Shown piece after piece: positions 39,231-50,412 of a stretch of 64,000 nucleotides of DNA; the first letter of the stretch is position 1; every line of letters starts with the position of its first letter. Both the position numbers and the translations under genes were made by a program. The stretch comes from an uncultured Flavobacteriaceae bacterium (lineage in GTDB: Bacteria; Bacteroidota; Bacteroidia; Flavobacteriales; Flavobacteriaceae): contig CAYGQJ010000013.1 in NCBI GenBank assembly GCA_964351845.1, positions 7,182 through 71,181 on the forward strand. The letters are read 5' to 3'. Below the pieces are notes generated by a model that saw nothing but the letters and a program-made list of their open reading frames with translations, was not told the DNA's origin and did not search any database.

Positions 39231-42200
39231 CTACTTCTCAATCTCAACCCATGCCCCTTTATTACGTGCATAATATGTATTATCATACATCGCCTCTACC
39301 TGAGTACCTGGTAAATAATATTTCCCTAAATAGGAGGCATTTAAACGGACCGTAAAGGTTTTTGTGGAAGTTTTACTCAAATCAAAGTAAAAATTGACAC
39401 GATCATCGCGTATGTCTGTATATCTAGCAGCCCCTTCTGTTCCGCCTGCATCTTCTGTAAAACGGGTATTTACAATTTCCCATCCGCTTGGAAAGATTTG
39501 TGTAAGGGCTATATTGTCTACAAAATCACGACTGTCATTACTGACACTAATTTTAGCCACAAACTCTTCGCCTTGTCTCAACTTGGTAATGTCTATTTGT
39601 TGACCATCTGCACCCACAAACCGTGTCGTTACTGTAAGCTTACTAATCCCTGACAGCTCTTCCCCCAACGGTAATTTTCCGCTTTGGACGACACGAACAA
39701 ACACCACATTGTCTTTCGCATTTTGAAGGGTAATGGTATTAGCACCTTCTTTCGTTACTAAATCTCGCAGCGCAATCGCTTGTTGGGTATCAATCGTCAT
39801 TGATTTTCCATCTTTGGCATACTCCAACTTAATCGACTTCCCACCATTTTTGATCACCATTTTAGCCATGGCTAGTAACGCATAACTCGTTTCCTGCGTA
39901 CTTAACCAACGCTCTGACGACAAGGTTTTAGCCATAGAAATAGCAAGGTCTTTTTGCTTGGCGTCACCCATCGCGACCATCGTTTCTAATGCCATCGCGC
40001 GATTACGGAACACAGATCCATACGTATGATAATTACTTCTGTTAGGTTGAAAATCAATGTTTGCAGTGGCTGCTAATTCTTCAGCAGCTTTTGTTTGCCC
40101 TGCGAGTGCGTATGCTGCCGCCAATCGCCATTTGCTGTCATTGCTTAGGTTTCTGCTTTCGCGCAAGCGGTTCATCGCCGCAAGATCAGGTTGACCTGCA
40201 AGTGCTAAGGTGTATAAACGATACGCTTGTACAAGGGTCGTATTATACGCACGTTCCCCAGATCGCCACTCACGAGCCGTTTTTTTCTGAAAACGCAGCC
40301 AATTACTCATAAATGTAAGCGGTAAAGCATAGCCTTTTTTCTGTGCTTCGATCATAAAATGTCCCGCATAGTTGGTACCCCAAGTATCCGCAACCGTTTC
40401 ACCTTGCCAATAGCCTAATCCGCCATCTGCATTTTGAAAATTCCCTAATCGTTCGATCCCTCGCTTGATGTTTTCTTGTGCTTTTTGTTTTTGCTCAAAC
40501 GTCAAATCAAACACATCATCCATAAATAATTGTGGAAACGCACCCGATGTGGTTTGCTCTACACACCCATGCGGATACCGAATTAAGTACTGCATCCGTT
40601 TGGTGAAATCCATAGGAGGTAGCGTAGAAAACTCAATCGCCGACTCGTTAGATCCTGCGACCCCGAAGGTTGAATAATCAATGGTTAGACTCCCTGATGC
40701 AGGCAACTCATAATCGGTCACTTTTTGGGTGATCGGATTCGGGTTTTCAACATCTATTTCTACTTGATAGGTCGCACGTTCTCCATTTCCTTCAGCAATG
40801 ATTTCGATGGTTTGGATCTCATTCACGGCCGTCACATCAAATTCAAAAGGAACAATTTGCTCGCCTACAGAAGAGAAATTAATCGTCTTGGTCGTGCCAT
40901 CTGTAGCCTTAAATGCTGCCGAAGTTTTGACAGTAATTTTAGCTTGTTTAATGGTAGACTCCATCGCAAAAACGGTCACAGGCAAGGTTACGTGTTCGCC
41001 CGGAGATAGCTTTCGCGGAAGCGAACCTAACACCATCAATGGCTTACGAACAGGAACTGTTTTTTCGGCAGCACCATAGGCAGATGCGGTAGGATCGCCT
41101 GCCACCACCATCGCACGTACCGAACCGACATAATTAGGCATCTGTATCGTGTGGGTTTTGGTTTCATTTTCGCTTAAAGCGAAAGGACCTAAATATGTCA
41201 CCACCGGCTTAAAACGTTCTGCTTTTCTGTTTTTTGCAGCCGCAGCAGCATCGCCCCCACCGATTGCATAAATGTTTCCTACACTTCCTGAATAAGCGCC
41301 GATCACATCATCAAACATGTCAAAGGTCATTACGCCTAACGCTTCTCTGCTGTAAAAATGATTGTGAATGGCGGGGGTTTTATAACGTGTCAAGTCCAGC
41401 AAACCGTCATCTACCACCGCAATGGTATAGGTCATGGCTTTGGCGTTGGCCTCACTTACTTTGATGGTATAGGATTCCTCAGGCTTGAGGACATCAGGCA
41501 TCGTGATTTTAGGCGTAAGTATGGTATTTTGATCTTCAACCAGCAACGGAATCACACCATATAATCGAATAGGCAAATCATTTTTAGTTTGCTCGTGAGC
41601 TTGCAATAAGGAGATATTGACATAGACATTGGGTGCCATATCTGAAGTCACCGGAATCTTGAATTGTGTTTCGCCATTTTGAGCATCTACCCACCAACTG
41701 TCCAATACTTGAGTTCCATTTTCTAGGCTGATCAGCGCACGCGAACTATCACCGGACGGAAACGTAATGGTCGCCGCTTCCCCGACTTGATATTTTTCTT
41801 TATCTGACGAGAATACTAGCATTTTAGCACTTTCCGAATCACTTTGCAAACCACTCCAATTGCGATAAAAATACGCAATACGCCCCGTGGCATGTCCGCT
41901 TTCTGGATCAATTACTCGAATCAAATACCGCCCACTTTCTCTTTCTGGAATATTGACCGTAAAACTGGTTTTACCGTTATTCCCTGTGGTGACTTTAAAA
42001 TCTTTTACAGGCGTATGCACGGTGCCAACTTCGTAGTTGGAATAGTTATCGCGACCGCGACTCCACCACCAGCGCCAATTCATTTTAAATACTTGTACAT
42101 CCAACGTTCTGTTGCCTGCAGCTTTTCCTTTGGTGTTAGTGGTCACAACATCAAACTCGGTGTTATCATCGGTAAAATAGCTGCCGTAGGCACGTCCTTT

Positions 42201-44828
42201 GGGCGATTGTACCCCTACAAAATGATCAAAAGGGGCGATGTCTTTAGTAACGACATCTAATGAGAAGTCACCGCCGCCTTCATATGCTTTGGTTACAAAA
42301 GTTCCTTTCAGCATACCCGGAGCACGCTCGCTGAGTGCTAACTTTTGACTGATATTTGTACTCCCTTCTTCATTTAATTGACCGTCAAGTACCGTAAGTT
42401 CTACGTCATTAAAACTGCGAATAGGATCAAAGAAATGATAGGTAGGGTAGGTTTTGAAACCACTGTTAGAACTCCGAATCGTCACATCCGATTTAATCTT
42501 GAGATTACGTGCAGGGGCTCCGTGCAACCACGTAACTTTTGCAGTCCCCTCTAACGCACCGCTCGCATCTATGATATCATCTTCAAAGTCTAAGTTGACT
42601 TTTAACCGATTGGGTTTGATGGTTTCTACTTTTAAGGTTTTAGAAAAACTAGCACCGCCTACACTTACCGTCGCATTCCAATTTCCCGTAGGATCTGTGG
42701 GTGCGGTAGTAATCGGGAAATAATACACGTTATTGAGTGCTTTTCCTGTGTTTGATACAGTATTTGCCGTGAGCACCTTGCGATAGGTTAATTTTCCTCT
42801 GGCATCACTGACTTCTAATTTTACAGGATGGTCTTTGGGCAATGGATTGTTAGCATCATTCAACACAAACGAAAGGTGAATACTATCACCCGGACGATGT
42901 ACGCCTCGCTCGGTATACAAATATCCTTTGAGCCCTTTTTGTAATTGTTTTCCAGAAATATCAAATTTGCTCATAGAAAGGGCATTCCCGTCTTCTATTT
43001 TTAAATAGGCATAGTTGGCGCCTTTTTGAGCAACAGCAAATACGGCGTATCCTTTGGGCGTAATCGTCGCAAGCCCTGTGGCATCTGTCGTTACACTGCC
43101 AATGGGTTGTTTTTGATAATTATATAGAGTGATTTTAGTATTGGCTTCAGGCGTCGTGGTTACGATATCTGTCGCAGCAAAATGATAGCCATTATCTTTT
43201 CCTTTTTTGACAATCAACGCAAGATCCGAGCCTAAAATATTGCTCTGGATAAACCGATCTTCTTGGTAATAGGCGGGATGACACGGGTTATCTTCTTGTC
43301 GCCAATTATACACTTGATTTCGCCAACGATAGATTCTATTATCCCAATATTGCTCTTCGCGCTCGTCTTCATTGGTACTTTCTACCTCGGTAAAGTCCTC
43401 GTCATAATAATCTTCTTCATAATAGTCATCATAGGTGTCTTCTTCTACCTGTGTGCCATCGTCTACACATTCATAAGCGACATAGCTTTGCTTGTAACTG
43501 ATCTCTACCCGATACAATGCTCCTGGATCTGCCTGAAAGATCTTAGAAAGATCAATGCCGTGCACACGCCACTGACTATCGCCTACATCACTTGACTGAA
43601 AACTAGCATCTTCTAGCGTGATGGTTTTCTTTGTGACACGTCTTCCAACTTGCTTTAATCCATAGCTATTATTACTATTTAGGTTATTTTCCTGTAAATA
43701 TTCTAGTACATTATTTTCGTATATTTTTATGATCCGCACATCGACATGGCTCAAATTAACGGCTTCAAAATAGAACGGATTGCTTCCTGATTTAGGCAAA
43801 ACCACACCATTTGTAATCGCTCGAAGTGCGGGTTTTAACTGCTCAAAAGAAACGGTTTCTGCAAAAGGGGTTTTTAGTTTAAATCCATCGGTACTTTTAA
43901 TGCCTTGAAAAACCTCCACAAGGGATTTCCCTACAATCTTATTTTCTGGGTACACATTGAGGACATTGCCATCGACTTCAAAACGTAAATTTCCAGCTCG
44001 CTGAATCGTCACTAAGCCCTTAAAATTTTGTTTGTCTTGTAACGGATCTGAAAAATTGATCGTCAACGACGCATTGGCACCCAGTCTTTGATTGATTTTT
44101 ACAATTTTAAAATTATTACGCCCAGGAATTAGCACCTCATTATCCCCTTTTGTTTCATCGGCATCTATGGCATCGCCATCCCAACTGACTTGAATTTTCG
44201 TATCTTCTGTTTCTCTACGAATGCTATCTATTTTAAACACATGATAGCGAGCGGTGGTTTGATCACTCAACCACGTAATGGAGAGCGGTTTTCCGTTTTG
44301 AGTCGCTTGTATGAGTTGTTTTGCTTTCGCGAAAGCGATCACATCGGCACCCTCAACTTGCCCTTCTAGATATTGATATTCCCGATCATACGATTGTAAG
44401 GCACGGAGATCTACTTTGAAATCTGGGGTAATGGTTTTGAAACCAAACGCAAACGTGCGCATCTCTTTAGGAAGGTCGTCATAGAGTTTATCCAGACGCA
44501 CCTCCACCGAATATTCGGTGTCCGCTTCAAGAAGTCCATCAGGCACAAATTTTAAGGTGCGCTGTCCAGAAACCGTCAATGTTCCCGACGTTTTAGGTGT
44601 AATTTTCAAAATCTCTGAAGGGATTTCTTGATCGACTTCAAACTGCGTCAACGCCTTTGCTACCTGCACGGTAATTGGGTTTGCAATAGACTGCCTACCA
44701 CTTGTGGAATACGAGATATACTCCTTGTATTTAAACAAGTTATCAGTAGGTTGTTCAGTGCCTTTTTTATCACAAGTGATAAATAAAAGCGGTAGGACGA
44801 CGGCGAGAAGAAGATGAATTTTACGCAT
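39231..44828 (-). CDS. Bacterial alpha-2-macroglobulin (MG2/YfhM family) lipoprotein
   Basis: Lipobox LFITC, YLYTERGVHRPGD, VVDDGLLDLT, thioester motif PHGCVEQ, RDDRV, VEAMY. Confidence 0.95.
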   Translation of the reverse strand: MRKIHLLLAVVLPLLFITCDKKGTEQPTDNLFKYKEYISYSTSGRQSIANPITVQVAKALTQFEVDQEIPSEILKITPKTSGTLTVSGQRTLKFVPDGLLEADTEYSVEVRLDKLYDDLPKEMRTFAFGFKTITPDFKVDLRALQSYDREYQYLEGQVEGADVIAFAKAKQLIQATQNGKPLSITWLSDQTTARYHVFKIDSIRRETEDTKIQVSWDGDAIDADETKGDNEVLIPGRNNFKIVKINQRLGANASLTINFSDPLQDKQNFKGLVTIQRAGNLRFEVDGNVLNVYPENKIVGKSLVEVFQGIKSTDGFKLKTPFAETVSFEQLKPALRAITNGVVLPKSGSNPFYFEAVNLSHVDVRIIKIYENNVLEYLQENNLNSNNSYGLKQVGRRVTKKTITLEDASFQSSDVGDSQWRVHGIDLSKIFQADPGALYRVEISYKQSYVAYECVDDGTQVEEDTYDDYYEEDYYDEDFTEVESTNEDEREEQYWDNRIYRWRNQVYNWRQEDNPCHPAYYQEDRFIQSNILGSDLALIVKKGKDNGYHFAATDIVTTTPEANTKITLYNYQKQPIGSVTTDATGLATITPKGYAVFAVAQKGANYAYLKIEDGNALSMSKFDISGKQLQKGLKGYLYTERGVHRPGDSIHLSFVLNDANNPLPKDHPVKLEVSDARGKLTYRKVLTANTVSNTGKALNNVYYFPITTAPTDPTGNWNATVSVGGASFSKTLKVETIKPNRLKVNLDFEDDIIDASGALEGTAKVTWLHGAPARNLKIKSDVTIRSSNSGFKTYPTYHFFDPIRSFNDVELTVLDGQLNEEGSTNISQKLALSERAPGMLKGTFVTKAYEGGGDFSLDVVTKDIAPFDHFVGVQSPKGRAYGSYFTDDNTEFDVVTTNTKGKAAGNRTLDVQVFKMNWRWWWSRGRDNYSNYEVGTVHTPVKDFKVTTGNNGKTSFTVNIPERESGRYLIRVIDPESGHATGRIAYFYRNWSGLQSDSESAKMLVFSSDKEKYQVGEAATITFPSGDSSRALISLENGTQVLDSWWVDAQNGETQFKIPVTSDMAPNVYVNISLLQAHEQTKNDLPIRLYGVIPLLVEDQNTILTPKITMPDVLKPEESYTIKVSEANAKAMTYTIAVVDDGLLDLTRYKTPAIHNHFYSREALGVMTFDMFDDVIGAYSGSVGNIYAIGGGDAAAAAKNRKAERFKPVVTYLGPFALSENETKTHTIQMPNYVGSVRAMVVAGDPTASAYGAAEKTVPVRKPLMVLGSLPRKLSPGEHVTLPVTVFAMESTIKQAKITVKTSAAFKATDGTTKTINFSSVGEQIVPFEFDVTAVNEIQTIEIIAEGNGERATYQVEIDVENPNPITQKVTDYELPASGSLTIDYSTFGVAGSNESAIEFSTLPPMDFTKRMQYLIRYPHGCVEQTTSGAFPQLFMDDVFDLTFEQKQKAQENIKRGIERLGNFQNADGGLGYWQGETVADTWGTNYAGHFMIEAQKKGYALPLTFMSNWLRFQKKTAREWRSGERAYNTTLVQAYRLYTLALAGQPDLAAMNRLRESRNLSNDSKWRLAAAYALAGQTKAAEELAATANIDFQPNRSNYHTYGSVFRNRAMALETMVAMGDAKQKDLAISMAKTLSSERWLSTQETSYALLAMAKMVIKNGGKSIKLEYAKDGKSMTIDTQQAIALRDLVTKEGANTITLQNAKDNVVFVRVVQSGKLPLGEELSGISKLTVTTRFVGADGQQIDITKLRQGEEFVAKISVSNDSRDFVDNIALTQIFPSGWEIVNTRFTEDAGGTEGAARYTDIRDDRVNFYFDLSKTSTKTFTVRLNASYLGKYYLPGTQVEAMYDNTYYARNKGAWVEIEK

Positions 44829-45083
44829 AATGATGGTGTTAGGTAGCCTCTCTATCTCTCACCCAAAAGAGCAGAAACAGATAAAAAGGAATTCAAAATA
44901 TGCTACTAAAGATAACAGATTTTAAATAGATGAATATGAAATTACTTTGATGCTTTTACAGGTTAAGATTGGTTAAATCAACGTGTAAAATGGGTATAGA
45001 AATTTGAGTGGTTATGGTGGTAACGTAACTGTTAAAATTTCTAGTATGTGAATGTTAACATTTGTGACGGATTTAACAGTTTA

Positions 45084-45143
45084 AGCCCTCTCTGCCTTTC
45101 ATAGATATCTCCCAAGCCCTCTCTCTACCTTTCAAGGGAGAGT
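45084..45143. repeat. Degenerate family F-like CCCTCTC elements
   Basis: AGCCCTCTCTGCCTTTC...AGCCCTCTCTCTACCTTTCAAGGGAGAG, similar to 58545-58580. Confidence 0.45.
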
Positions 45144-45156
45144 TGTTATAAGGCTA

Positions 45157-45501
45157 TTAATTGAGTTTTGAGAAATGGTATTCGCGTTCTACTTTACAGA
45201 TGCGAACGCTATAAGACTCGTACCAGGTCGTTTTTCCTGTGGTTTGTGCTGCTTGATGATCGGTTTCGGCTTTCCAACGGGAGATATCTTCTACCGTTTT
45301 CCAATACGAGATGGTAATGCCTATTTCGCTACGTGCGTGATCTATACCTAAGAAACCTGGCATTTGACTCGCTAGTTCTTCTAGATGCTGTGCTGCCATG
45401 GCATACCCTCGGGTGATACTCGTCTGCGTACTCGTGAAAATAACAGCATAATACGGGACTTCGTGGTCAAGAAATGTAAGCGGAGTATTGTCTGATGCCA
45501 T
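45157..45501 (-). CDS. Antibiotic biosynthesis monooxygenase (ABM) family protein
   Basis: PYYAVIFTS, MPGFLGID.AR..IGITISYW....I..WK...H..AQ..GK..WYESY.VRICKVER. Confidence 0.88.
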   Translation of the reverse strand: MASDNTPLTFLDHEVPYYAVIFTSTQTSITRGYAMAAQHLEELASQMPGFLGIDHARSEIGITISYWKTVEDISRWKAETDHQAAQTTGKTTWYESYSVRICKVEREYHFSKLN

Positions 45502-45563
45502 ACCTGATGATTAGGTCTTAAAAATACTCCTTTTTTTAAAAATGTACGTGCAAAAAACAGGTG

Positions 45564-46322
45564 TTACTTTTTAATAAATCGTTGTGTCGTTATCACCCCG
45601 TTTTGACTTTCAAAGCGTACAAAATACACTCCAGAAGCCCAATTTTGAATGTCTAACGGATTTGAGCCCAACACTTCCTTTGACGTTGCTAGTTGTTGCC
45701 TCCCTTTCACATCAAATACAGTAATCATGTAATTCCCTGTTTCTTGTTGAGCCTCTATGTACAATTGATCACTCGAAGGGTTTGGGTAGATCGTAAAAGA
45801 AGCTTGTGTCACTTCATTTAGAGATAATGCCGCTCTGTTATATATTGCTACGTCGCCTGCAGAAGACATAACGTCTAAAGTGGCACCATCATCTCCTGAA
45901 AATGTAGTGAAATATTCAAATGGATCTGAAAGAGAAGCCTCATAAAATGTAAAATATACATTTTGAAAATTGCCATTTTCTGATGTATTACAATTTGCGA
46001 GTGTGGTCACATAATCATCCCCAATCATAAAAGTAGGCAATCCCCCATCTAGTTCTTGAAAAGTGACGCTCGCAGAAAAGATATCACATACGGAGCCCAT
46101 TATGGTTTCAGGCAGTCCATTCCCGCCACTATTTTCCTCCAAGAATTCAAGAGTTACCGTCTCAACCTCCTCATTGGAAGGGGGAAAAAATTCTTCTCCA
46201 TCTATTGTTATAGATTCTAATTCCCAAATGCCTTCAAAAAGAAGCGGGTCTTGTGCAAGGATATTTTGAGAAATAACAAAGCATACTAGCACTAAAAAGA
46301 ATCTGTATATTTTCATAACCAA
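45564..46322 (-). CDS. Small T9SS type A CTD cargo protein
   Basis: Signal peptide; C-terminal FTIYPNPSSDQLYI...ITVFDVKGRQ...ASGVYFVRF...TTQRFIKK. Confidence 0.88.
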   Translation of the reverse strand: MVMKIYRFFLVLVCFVISQNILAQDPLLFEGIWELESITIDGEEFFPPSNEEVETVTLEFLEENSGGNGLPETIMGSVCDIFSASVTFQELDGGLPTFMIGDDYVTTLANCNTSENGNFQNVYFTFYEASLSDPFEYFTTFSGDDGATLDVMSSAGDVAIYNRAALSLNEVTQASFTIYPNPSSDQLYIEAQQETGNYMITVFDVKGRQQLATSKEVLGSNPLDIQNWASGVYFVRFESQNGVITTQRFIKK

Positions 46323-46461
46323 CCATTTGGAATTTCAAAGTACTACATTTTACACAAACCATCAAGGTATCGTTGTCTCTATTTTTTTTATAGCTGACTT
46401 ATTAATTGCTTACTTTTAACCTAGTTGGCAAACATTACTTAAAAAATGAACACTCTTTTAA

Positions 46462-46779
46462 ATGGAATATGTAATTCGAACTTTATTAACTGAAAAAAAC
46501 AAATTAGTTGAAGAACTGAAAAGAAATGAAGGTGCTAATACTAATGTTGAACGAATTTCAGAAATTAAAAAAGCAATCAACTGGCTACATAAAATTTCTG
46601 AACTTAAACTCGAGAATATTAAAAAATATGAGATTGTGGAACTTCCTGATATGAATACAGGATATTCGGAATATAGACTTATGAATGATTGTGAAACTGA
46701 TAACATAAAACATTGGATTGAATTCAAAGATCATATTGGATTGACTCCTGGAGATTTTATTATAAGTCGAAAGCCTTAA
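46462..46779 (+). CDS. Hypothetical protein (AT-rich orphan)
   Basis: 105-aa ORF filling the gap between two genes; no motif recognised. Confidence 0.5.
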   Translation: MEYVIRTLLTEKNKLVEELKRNEGANTNVERISEIKKAINWLHKISELKLENIKKYEIVELPDMNTGYSEYRLMNDCETDNIKHWIEFKDHIGLTPGDFIISRKP

Positions 46780-46873
46780 AAAGCAAAACGATTTGCCAAC
46801 ACTGTATTAATTTAATACTAGCATAACAGCCTTATCTATCCTTTTTACCAACTTTACACAAAATAGTATTCTT

Positions 46874-48223
46874 ATGAACCGTACGATCCTCTCTTTTTTA
46901 GTCAGTTTTTTGATTTCTACATCTATTTTCCTGTCATCCGAACAGGCAGGCGCGCAAGCGGACTTTTTACAGTCAGGGCCTATGGTGGGATATTCTGATT
47001 TTCGAGAAGTACTGATTTGGGTACAAACCAAAGCTCCTGCCGATGTGAAAATTGGATATTTCGCTCAAGGCGAAAAGGAACGATTCACACCCACCGTTAC
47101 CGCTACAGCAGCCGAAGATCATATTGTAAAATTATTTCCAAGTGACGTGGCATATGGAACGCAATACACCTATAAATTATACATCAATAATCAACATGTA
47201 AAACGCCCGTATCCTTTAGAATTCCAAACGCAAACCTTATGGCAATATCGCACAGATCCGCCATCATTTACCTTTGCGATTGGATCTTGTTTTTATCGGA
47301 ATGACCCTACAGATGACCGCCCTGGAAAACCGTATGGAGATGTCTACGGAATCTTTGAGAGTATCGTTCAAAAAAGTCCTGATTTTATGGTCTGGCTGGG
47401 GGACAATATTTACCTACGCACCCCCGATTTCCAATCTGAACGTGGCATCCGATATCGGAACCGAGAAGCGCGTGCCACACCAGAATTACAATCTTTATTA
47501 GGAAGTGTACATCACTACGCGATTTGGGATGACCACGATTTTGGCCCCAATGATTCTGATCGGAGTTATGTACATAAAAAAATGACTGAAAAAGCCTTTA
47601 ACGACTATTGGGGGAATCCGAGTACCAATGCCACTGGAGAAGGCGGGATTACGGGACAATTTGTGTGGAATGATGTCGAGTTCTTCTTGATGGATGATCG
47701 CTATCACCGCGCACCTAACCGAAGTCTTGACACTACTAAAGACTACCTTGGAGAAGCGCAACTCAACTGGCTTATAGATGCGCTAACGGCTAGTAAAGCA
47801 TCTTTCAAAATCGTATGTATTGGTGGGCAAACCATCAGTGATGCGGCGGTGTACGAAAACTACGCCACGTATCCAGAAGCCCGCAAGCGTTTATTAGATC
47901 GTATTGCCGCCGAAAAGATAGAAGGCGTTGTCTTTATGAGTGGAGACAGGCATCATACGGAGATCTCTCGTTTAGAACGCCCAAATGCCTATCCGCTGAT
48001 TGATATTACGTGTTCGCCGCTTACTTCGGGCACCCATAAAGCCCGTGATGAAGGAAATACGTTACAAGTAAAAGACAAAACGTATTATGAGCGCAACTTT
48101 GGCATAGTCAACGTTTCTGGAACGTATGGAAAACGTACGCTTCTACTTACCATTTATGACGAAAAAGGGGCAAAAGTATGGGATTATACGATCTCACAAG
48201 AGGAATTGAAGTATCAAAAATAA
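46874..48223 (+). CDS. phoD: PhoD family alkaline phosphatase
   Basis: FAIGSCF, WLGDNIY, IWDDHDF, FFLMDDRYHR, LGEAQLNWL, MSGDRHH. Confidence 0.88.
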   Translation: MNRTILSFLVSFLISTSIFLSSEQAGAQADFLQSGPMVGYSDFREVLIWVQTKAPADVKIGYFAQGEKERFTPTVTATAAEDHIVKLFPSDVAYGTQYTYKLYINNQHVKRPYPLEFQTQTLWQYRTDPPSFTFAIGSCFYRNDPTDDRPGKPYGDVYGIFESIVQKSPDFMVWLGDNIYLRTPDFQSERGIRYRNREARATPELQSLLGSVHHYAIWDDHDFGPNDSDRSYVHKKMTEKAFNDYWGNPSTNATGEGGITGQFVWNDVEFFLMDDRYHRAPNRSLDTTKDYLGEAQLNWLIDALTASKASFKIVCIGGQTISDAAVYENYATYPEARKRLLDRIAAEKIEGVVFMSGDRHHTEISRLERPNAYPLIDITCSPLTSGTHKARDEGNTLQVKDKTYYERNFGIVNVSGTYGKRTLLLTIYDEKGAKVWDYTISQEELKYQK

Positions 48224-48224
48224 A

Positions 48225-48453
48225 GCCGGGGCTTCAGTACAATTTTTAGGATTGCTTTTAGCAATTATAAAAATCACTCAGCCACCTTTGATCCGTTTTT
48301 AATATGTGCTTTCGCGAAAATCACTTAGCCGCCTTATATTTTGTTTTAAAGTCGGCATTTCGATACATTTTGCTTCAATAGAAAAAGAATCAAAGGACAT
48401 TGAGTGATTTCAGAGTTCTGAAAAAGAACTCTGAAATAGTACCGAAATGCCGG
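48225..48453. repeat. X/Y mosaic (BIME/REPIN-like) unit 1
   Basis: X GGGGCTTCAGTAC..ATCACTCAGCCACC (48225-48287), partial A+X (48308-48333), Y GGACATTGAGTGA..GTACCGAAATGCCGG (48395-48453). Confidence 0.88.
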
Positions 48454-48458
48454 GTTCT

Positions 48459-49952
48459 TTACTCCACCACCTCAAAGGCTTGAATCGCGGCATTAGGCTC
48501 CATAATGGTATAGCCTGTCCAAAACGTAGGATCGTATTTTGATAAATAAGTCGCTTCTACGTTTTCATTTTCTGAAGCCGCTTCATAGGCGGTACTTGAA
48601 ATATCTTCTGAGTTAAAAATAACCATCTCATATTTAGACAAAGACGTTCCTTGCATATCGATGTTCAGCGAAAGCTCATTTTGCTTACGACGGCCTTTGA
48701 CAAATTTGTTTTTTTCGATCACTTTTAACGGGCGATCGATGCCAAAATAGTTTCCATTTTCTAACTCCAAATACCGCGGACTATAACTTCCACTGGCATT
48801 TTTAGCAAATAGCATTTTTCCTCTGTAGACATTTTCACCGTACTTAATCCCTAATAACCCAAAGGTAAATAGCGGACGCACATTGTCAAATTCTAAGCGT
48901 ACAATGGCAAAATCATCGATGTTGACAAATGCGGTTCCTTTAAAGTCTTTTTTGCCTTTGGGCGAAAAGTCAATAATATACACTGGCTCCTCATCGATAA
49001 ACGTATAATCTCTGATTTCAAACTCATACCGATTCGATTTTGTGAGGATATCAATCTTAGAATCTTCATTAAAAAAAAGTTGGGTGTACAGTTCGGAAAT
49101 ACGATTTTTAATCTGTTCTTGGAAGTCTTGATTATTGGCATTTTCGACCTCTACCTTTACTTTATTGGCATCTTCATTGGCCGCAGTAATAGAGTCTAAT
49201 TGTACTTTGGTTCCAAAAAGTCCCGACTTAATTTTAAGGTAGGAATTAGGTTTTACATTTTCTTTAAAAATGGTTTCCAGGCGTTCACTGAGTCCGTCGA
49301 CAGAGACATCTTTGGACTTATCATACAGCTCGGCTGCTTTATCTACATATAGCTTATGCTTATTGTAATTCCCATAAAAATCACCGACGGCTTCGCGATA
49401 ATAGGAAGATTCACGCGGGACAAGCGTTGCAATGCTATCAATCAATTCTTTGTCAAGCTCTTCTATTGTTGATTTTTTAAAGGCGAAATCTACTTTTTTC
49501 ATCGCATTAAAATCCGACTGCCTAAAGAAAATTTTCTTTTTAGATAATTCTTGAACATCGTAGTTTTTATACATATTTTCTTTGACTTTCTCAATCACTT
49601 CTTTGGCAGAAAGCGGATTGCTAGAAAGAAAAACACCTTTCAGCTCGAATGATTTTGGCGAAAGCCGCACCAGACTATCTGTAAGGGAGGCTACCCAAAT
49701 TCCTTTACGTTCATACCCCATGGATGAGATATACACAGAGTCTTGTATTTTTTTAAGTTGGTCAGGATTGATGGTAAACATCCCATCTTCATTTGAAATC
49801 ACGCCTTGATTTTCTGAAAGTTCAATGGTCGCAAACGGAATCGGTTCTTGTGTTTTGTCATCAATAAGTCTGGCTGATACGGTTTGTGCGGTCATTCCTG
49901 ATACGAGGAATGCAGACAAGAGCATTAAAATGTATTTGATAAGTGTGGTCAT
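48459..49952 (-). CDS. Secreted protein with carboxypeptidase-like regulatory (D_2) N-terminal domain
   Basis: VSARLIDDKTQEPIPFATI...GVISNEDGMF...ISSMGY; YDPTFWTGYTIMEP C-terminus. Confidence 0.8.
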   Translation of the reverse strand: MTTLIKYILMLLSAFLVSGMTAQTVSARLIDDKTQEPIPFATIELSENQGVISNEDGMFTINPDQLKKIQDSVYISSMGYERKGIWVASLTDSLVRLSPKSFELKGVFLSSNPLSAKEVIEKVKENMYKNYDVQELSKKKIFFRQSDFNAMKKVDFAFKKSTIEELDKELIDSIATLVPRESSYYREAVGDFYGNYNKHKLYVDKAAELYDKSKDVSVDGLSERLETIFKENVKPNSYLKIKSGLFGTKVQLDSITAANEDANKVKVEVENANNQDFQEQIKNRISELYTQLFFNEDSKIDILTKSNRYEFEIRDYTFIDEEPVYIIDFSPKGKKDFKGTAFVNIDDFAIVRLEFDNVRPLFTFGLLGIKYGENVYRGKMLFAKNASGSYSPRYLELENGNYFGIDRPLKVIEKNKFVKGRRKQNELSLNIDMQGTSLSKYEMVIFNSEDISSTAYEAASENENVEATYLSKYDPTFWTGYTIMEPNAAIQAFEVVE

Positions 49953-50045
49953 GTGTGATTGTTTAGTAGTATAGACGCGTCATTTTCACAAAAGGTTGTC
50001 TCGCATCTTTTTTTATGACGATTTTATAGATGGAATGTTACTTAA

Positions 50046-50239
50046 GCCGGGGCTTCGGTACAATTTTTAGGATTGCTTTCAGCAATGATAAAAATCACTC
50101 AGCCGCCTTTGATTTGTTTTTGTTATATGCTTTCGCGAAAGCAAAAAATTACTCAGACGCCTAACATTACAACAAACACAGGACATTGAGTGATTTTAAA
50201 ATCCTGATAAAGGGTTTTGAAATAGTATCGAAATGTCGG
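50046..50239. repeat. X/Y mosaic unit 2 with an embedded palindrome A
   Basis: X 50046-50108, A 50129-50142, Y 50181-50239. Confidence 0.88.
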
Positions 50240-50253
50240 ATCAATAAGAAATA

Positions 50254-50412
50254 TCACTCTTCCTTTTGCTGTGCTTTGATTTTTTCTTTGAGGATTTTTA
50301 TACGGGCTTCATGAGCGTCTTTTTTCTCGCGCTCTTTCTTTTTCTTTTGTGCCATCAGCTTAGAATGCTTGGCTTTATTTTTTGTGTTTTTAGGACTTCC
50401 TGCTTTTGCCAT
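50254..50412 (-). CDS. Small basic protein (52 aa), not in the ORF track
   Basis: MAKAGSPKNTKNKAKHSKLMAQKKKKEREKKDAHEARIKILKEKIKAQQKEE*; TATCTTTG -7 box at 50417-50424. Confidence 0.7.
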   Translation of the reverse strand: MAKAGSPKNTKNKAKHSKLMAQKKKKEREKKDAHEARIKILKEKIKAQQKEE

